NCBI GenBank assembly: GCA_036172245.1
Contig: JAYWIR010000002.1
Span: forward strand, 5,146,001-5,210,000
Direction: 5' to 3'
Source: Raillietiella orientalis
Lineage: Eukaryota
DNA: 64,000 bases
The notes beneath the pieces are model-generated. The model was not told the DNA's origin, searched no databases, and saw nothing but the letters and a program-made list of their open reading frames with translations. The position numbers were made by a program, and so were the translations under genes. Of the stretch, positions 59,046-64,000 are shown in pieces (positions within the stretch are counted from its first letter, which is position 1; each line of letters starts with the position of its first letter).

Positions 59046-61849
59046 TAATTTTAAGAAAAGTTTACTTTTATTTTTCAGAATAAACATTCCGGGTTTGAAC
59101 CTTCATTGGCACGGAGAGGCTGAGCTGATGAGGGAGACGGGGCGATGTGTTTTCTGCTCTTTCCGCTCAGCTAAGGTGTGTCTCCTGTCCAGAGGCGGAG
59201 ACCTGAGCCGCCGCCTAAACAACGGCAGGACTTCAGAAACTGCGTGCCGGCGGATTCTCCCTGCCGCGGACCTCTTTTTGTTGTCGTTGCTTCGGGAACG
59301 GCAGTCCTGTCCGGGTGAAAATCGGATCTTTGCCTCTTCCTGAAGCAAGGAGAGTGGCGCGTGAGTCGGAGGCGGGAGCGGATGGAGGCTCCAGAAGGGG
59401 AGGGTGGATGGGGAGCGTTCTGCCTGTTCCCGTGAAGAGAGGCACATGGACCCGAGGCGAGGGGGCTGCTCCCGAGCGACCACACCGGCTGCGGCGTCGC
59501 CGATGCTAGCGGCGGCGGTTCCGGGAACGAGCGCCGGTGTCGCTTCCTCGCGAGATGTGCGGCCCCTTTCTTCCGATTTCCTCTCGACGGGGGGTGGAGT
59601 GCTCTCCGGGTCCCCCGTTGTCAGCGCTCCGGATCGGCGTTGCGTGCGTTTCGCCTCCCCGGGACATGAATCGTTCCGGAAAGGCACCCCTAGGAGGGGG
59701 GAAGCGACTGAGGAGGAGACGGGTAGGGAGAAGAAGAAGCTTTCTCTCTCAATCCCTCACCCCATTTCCCCTTTGCTTCCGGATCCCGGGCTTAGCACTC
59801 CCTTTCTTCGGTCGCTCCCTCCAGGCAACATCCGGTCCGGCGGCACGCTTGCGCGGAGGCTGAGCAATCCTGGGGAAGCAGAGGGGAGAAGGGGATAGGG
59901 GTGAGGGAATGACGGATCGCAGAGGTTCTGAGGGCTGCTATCCCAGCCGCCTCCCTCGGGAAACGTCAGCGCCGCTCCGCCCTGTGAGCATCCAAGGCAA
60001 CGGAACGCCTGGTGGTCGGCAGTCCGGGTGGCAAGGAGAGGAGGAGGTGGAGACGGGTAGGGGTGAGCTCGAGCTCCTCCCCGACGATCGGTCGGACATA
60101 CTCAGGGACGTCCGTCTCCGACCGACGTCAGGACAGATGTCCCAGGACGCTACCAGGGAGGTCAGCGACTGCGGCGGCGGGTGGATCACCCGTTGCGACA
60201 GGGCCGATCTCTCCCTGCAGAGGCTCCGGGACGGCCCCGTCCGCGGATTTCCCCGTGAGAGATCCACGTTCGCCCTCGGGAGGAACGCCTGAGGTCACGC
60301 AACTGCGTTCATCCCCCGCGTCCTTCGGGTGCGCCGCGGGCGATGTCGCCTTTCGACGCAGGTGAGCTCGCGCGCGTTCTCCCCGAAGATCCAGACAAGA
60401 AGGGAGATCCGGAGTCCACCCCTCGCGGGAAAAGTGGCGCGCGGACGACCTCGGCGGTAGCGGCGGCCTCCTGTCGCGAAAGGCGCCTGTGTGCCGGAAC
60501 TCAAAAGAGTCTTGGAGGCTGGAGCCACCTGAACCAGACCGGATCGCGCGGCGTTGCCACGGAGAGGATGAGAGGGAGAAATCCATTGCCAGGAGCGGGA
60601 TGCTACAAAGGGTGGACCAGCTTCCGCGGTAGCATGTGCATCCTCTTCCGCCGATTGTCTTATCGGGTTCCGGCCGCCCTCCCAGAATTCGAGATAGTTC
60701 ATTTCTCTCTTCCATCCCATCGCCTTCCTGCTCATCCCAGTGCTATTTTTAGCCTCCTGAGTTTCTTGCTGCAGCAAGAAATTCGCTCTGGACGCTGCCG
60801 CCTCCTGACTGTGACTCGGAGATGAACGGTGGAGGGTTCCGTCCTCATGGAGATTCGGGAGATCATCCAGGCTCCCGAAGGGGCACCGCCACCTCCATCC
60901 CCACCCCCCAACAAGGGACGGTGGGCCCAAGCGTCCGCTGTAGGCTCAGCCGGGAGGGGCGCGCGCTCCCTCCTTGCTGCCCAACCAGCGTCCTGCGGCA
61001 GCAGCCTTGCGGCCAAGCGCAAAAGGAGGACCCAGGGCAGCCCTGCTGCGGTAGCTCACCTTGTCCATGGAGTGGCCCCGGGGACTCCTGTCACGTGACC
61101 CCCTCCTGCGAAGGGGGACCGTGGCGGACGGTGCCACCCAGCAAGGGGAACGAAGGAGAACGCCGCCGACCTGAGGAGGACGCGGGGGCACGTGACCGGC
61201 GTCCCTTGAGATGCTCCTTCCCGGAAGGTGTGCTGAGCGCCTCGTTGGAAAAAGACAGTGAGAGGGTGAGGGTACGAGAGGAGGGGGAAAAGAGGGAAAG
61301 TGTGAGACCTCTGCCCTACGTCCGTCTTCCCGGAGCTCCAAGCAGTTCATCTTTCAAGAGGAGAAAGAAGTCGAGCGAGGACGCGAAGTTGAGAAGAAGA
61401 GCTCCTCTCCTTCTCGCCCTCACTCCTGCCCAGTGCGCTGCGGGAAGGGGGGACATAGGTCTGTGACGAGGCTTCCGTTACCGCTCGATCTTTGCCTAAG
61501 GGACCTCTAGCCACACTCGTGCGCGCGGGGGTCTGGCAGGAGGAAATGGTCCCCGAGGTGGGAGAAGGGAACGCTCCCCTCATCCTCGAAGGACGGACTT
61601 GCGGAATTCGGCGTGGAAGGAAGGCTGCAGGCCGGAACAGCAGACTCTCTCCCGTCTGGTGGTCACGCCCTGTCGGTGACCTTTGCACCACCGCCCATCG
61701 TTCTCTCCTGTGGTCAAGGAGCTTCGGCAGTTCCGCTCCAGGAGCCCTTCTCTGCCTCCTCTTCCCTTCCCCTTCTTTTTCGCCCTCAGCGCAGCCATCT
61801 CCATCCATTCCTCCATCCCGTAGGACCTCCTGCTCCTCCTCCTCATCAT

Positions 61850-61982
61850 CAACAACAACAACGACGACGACAACAACGACATCGACCACGACAACAATAA
61901 CGACGACGACGACGACAACAACGATGACGAGAACTATGACAACGACAACGACGATGACAATGGTAACGACGACAACGACAAC
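61850..61982. repeat. Imperfect (ACA/ACG)n trinucleotide microsatellite
   Basis: About 44 units of ACR with ATG/ATA interruptions. This run produces the poly-Thr and poly-Val ORFs in the track. Confidence 0.92.
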
Positions 61983-62956
61983 CCCGCCTCGGATGCTGCT
62001 CGCCGCCATCCTCAGAGAGCAGCGTTTCCAGTGGATGGGCGCTCAACTATGGTGTGAAGCTCTAGCGACCGTCGCCATCCTTCTTCCTTCCTCGTTTCCA
62101 TTCTCCACGTTTCCACGGAAATCTTTGCCTGCCCGTCACAAGCTTCCCTGCCTTGCGTCTGTGGGCGCTGAGCGCGCTCCCCCGGCCTGAAGGCCAAACG
62201 ACTCCACGGCTCACGGTCCACCGGGTCCGCATGGACCTCCCGAAAGCGCCTCCCAGAGTAAGGTCAGCTCGAGGAGAGTATCTTTCCGAAAGAAGCTGTC
62301 CCCGGGGGGGGGAGCTCTGTCCACGGGAGCGGGTGCGCTTCCCCCCTCCAGCCTTCGGATCCCAGGGGAGGTCCCCGCCGTGTTCTCTGTCCCTGAATGC
62401 GCACGGACAGCATTCCGCGCGAAGGGAGGGCTGCCAAGGCGATCGCTCTCCCGCGTGGAAATGGAGTCTGCTCCTCGAATCCCGCCGACGCGATTGGGTG
62501 CCCCAGGGCGTGAGAGGAGTCCGGGAGCACCCAAGAGGCTGCGCGCAGGTTCGTGTGCCGCCGCGCTCCGCTGCAGAACGCCTCTTCGTCGCCTCCAGCG
62601 GGGCCGGAAGATCCCCCTGCGCATCCGCGCATCTCGTGGCACGGAGGGTTGGGGAGCAAGGAAGGATTTGCTAGGCCGGGAGGAGCCGCCGCCGCGCACG
62701 CTGGGAACGAGGCAGGTCATCATCAGCTTCTGCAACTGCTGAAGTCTCCTCCACCCTCCCTCCACGGCTCCGAACCCCGGAACCCTTCCCACTCCCCACC
62801 CCCATCCCCTCCATTTGCGGGGATAGGGAAGAAGGGACAGACGGAAATTTTCCCTGCTGTTTTCGAAGCTGCCACGGAGATAGCGCTGCAAAGATTCGGA
62901 ACGGAAGCCTCCAGAGTGTAGACAGCATCGCTCGCTGCTGCGCCTTCCTCCATCCA

Positions 62957-63010
62957 TCTCCCTTCGGAGAGGTGACCCTCCGAAGAAAGGGTCACCTCTC
63001 CGAAGGGAGA
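62957..63010. repeat. Perfect 23-bp inverted repeat with 8-nt loop
   Basis: TCTCCCTTCGGAGAGGTGACCCT (62957-62979) / AGGGTCACCTCTCCGAAGGGAGA (62988-63010). Confidence 0.92.
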
Positions 63011-64000
63011 AGCGTGCTTCTTAATACCTTGAAGAGACAAACCCTCCGAAGGGGGCATCAACTAGCTCCACGGCACGGCTCCCTTTTCGCAACCGGGGGC
63101 AAGGGGAACCCCAAAGGGCTCCTTAATTCCCGGAAGGAACTCTTGGAAGAAACTCCTCGATTTCCAATCCTGGAGGCCAGTCAAAGGGGGGTTTTTACAC
63201 CCGGGTGCGCCGGGGCGTTTATTTTTTAGTAAAAACAAACAAACAGTCAAAGGGGGGTGGGACATCCATGGGTTCCCAGTTTTCACCAGAGCCACCACAT
63301 CTGGAGCCAATCCATTATCCGCGGGGAGTGGAGGAGAACCCAATATCCCCCCATTTCTTGGAGTCGATCCTTCCCTCTCGGGGAGGGATTCGAACCCGCG
63401 ACTCCTGGTGCCGCGGCCCCCTCCCGCTGCAGCCGCACGGCCAGAGGAGAGGAGGACGCAGACGCACCCGGGGACCTGGGAGGGAAGTTCGTGCTCCTCC
63501 GCTTGTAAGTGCAGCTGCTGCAAAGGTCAGGTGGGCAGCGGCGAACGCTCCAGGCGCGCTGGTGCAAGCAGCAAAGCGGAAAGCGGATGTCCCCCGGGTC
63601 TCCCACTCTCGATCTCCTGGAAGGACGTGGCAACCCACTGCGGACTCCCCACGACCGCCGGAAAGGAGCAGCTCTCTCCGAGACTCGGGGGAACTCACGG
63701 AAACAAACATCCTGGGAGGTCTGCACGTGCTCGTGCGGGCATAACAAAAGGGGGAGGAACGCTTTCTTTGACCGCACCCCGTGGCAAGGGTGGGACGCTG
63801 CCGGCTTGCAGAGGTGCCGGGAGACAACCTAGAGGATGTGGGTGTCCACACCTCGACTGAAAAACGGTCAAAGAGTCTCCTGAGCCGGCCATGCCGAGGG
63901 GTTCCCCTCGTACAGCTCGCCAGGCGTCGCGTGGACCTCGGACGAGAGACGGAGCATTCCAGTGCGCGGCGGAGAGACGGCGCCCATTCACTGGAAACGC

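Noticed and set aside
61347..62190. Long poly-Val / poly-Thr ORFs (mucin-like)
   Set aside because: Explained by the ACR microsatellite plus high GC suppressing stop codons.

Overview
Eukaryotic, metazoan (arthropod-like by inference) genomic DNA with very short GT-AG introns of about 40-56 nt. Two compact housekeeping clusters are separated by AT-rich, transposon-rich DNA. Well-supported spliced genes: TAO kinase (+, 20530-25856) convergent with heparan sulfate N-deacetylase/N-sulfotransferase (-, 26122-29566), and MARCH5 (+, 46914-50891) convergent with a co-oriented minus-strand trio PLPBP -> mitochondrial MetRS -> ZDHHC16. The trio's coding regions are only 76 and 79 bp apart, and each downstream ATG is preceded by a 3' splice acceptor with no consensus donor in the spacer, an operon-like layout. 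An unannotated 5-exon gene (+, 4497-5877, 229 aa) has an N-terminal motif resembling the Scm3/HJURP CENP-A-binding domain. Also present: two poly(A)-tailed degenerate non-LTR retrotransposons, a Gypsy-like pol relic, an LRR-receptor-like pseudogene, several perfect 14-23 bp hairpins and an unexplained GC-rich block at the right end. All gene models were built by hand from splice signals, phase and remembered family motifs; no database searches were run.
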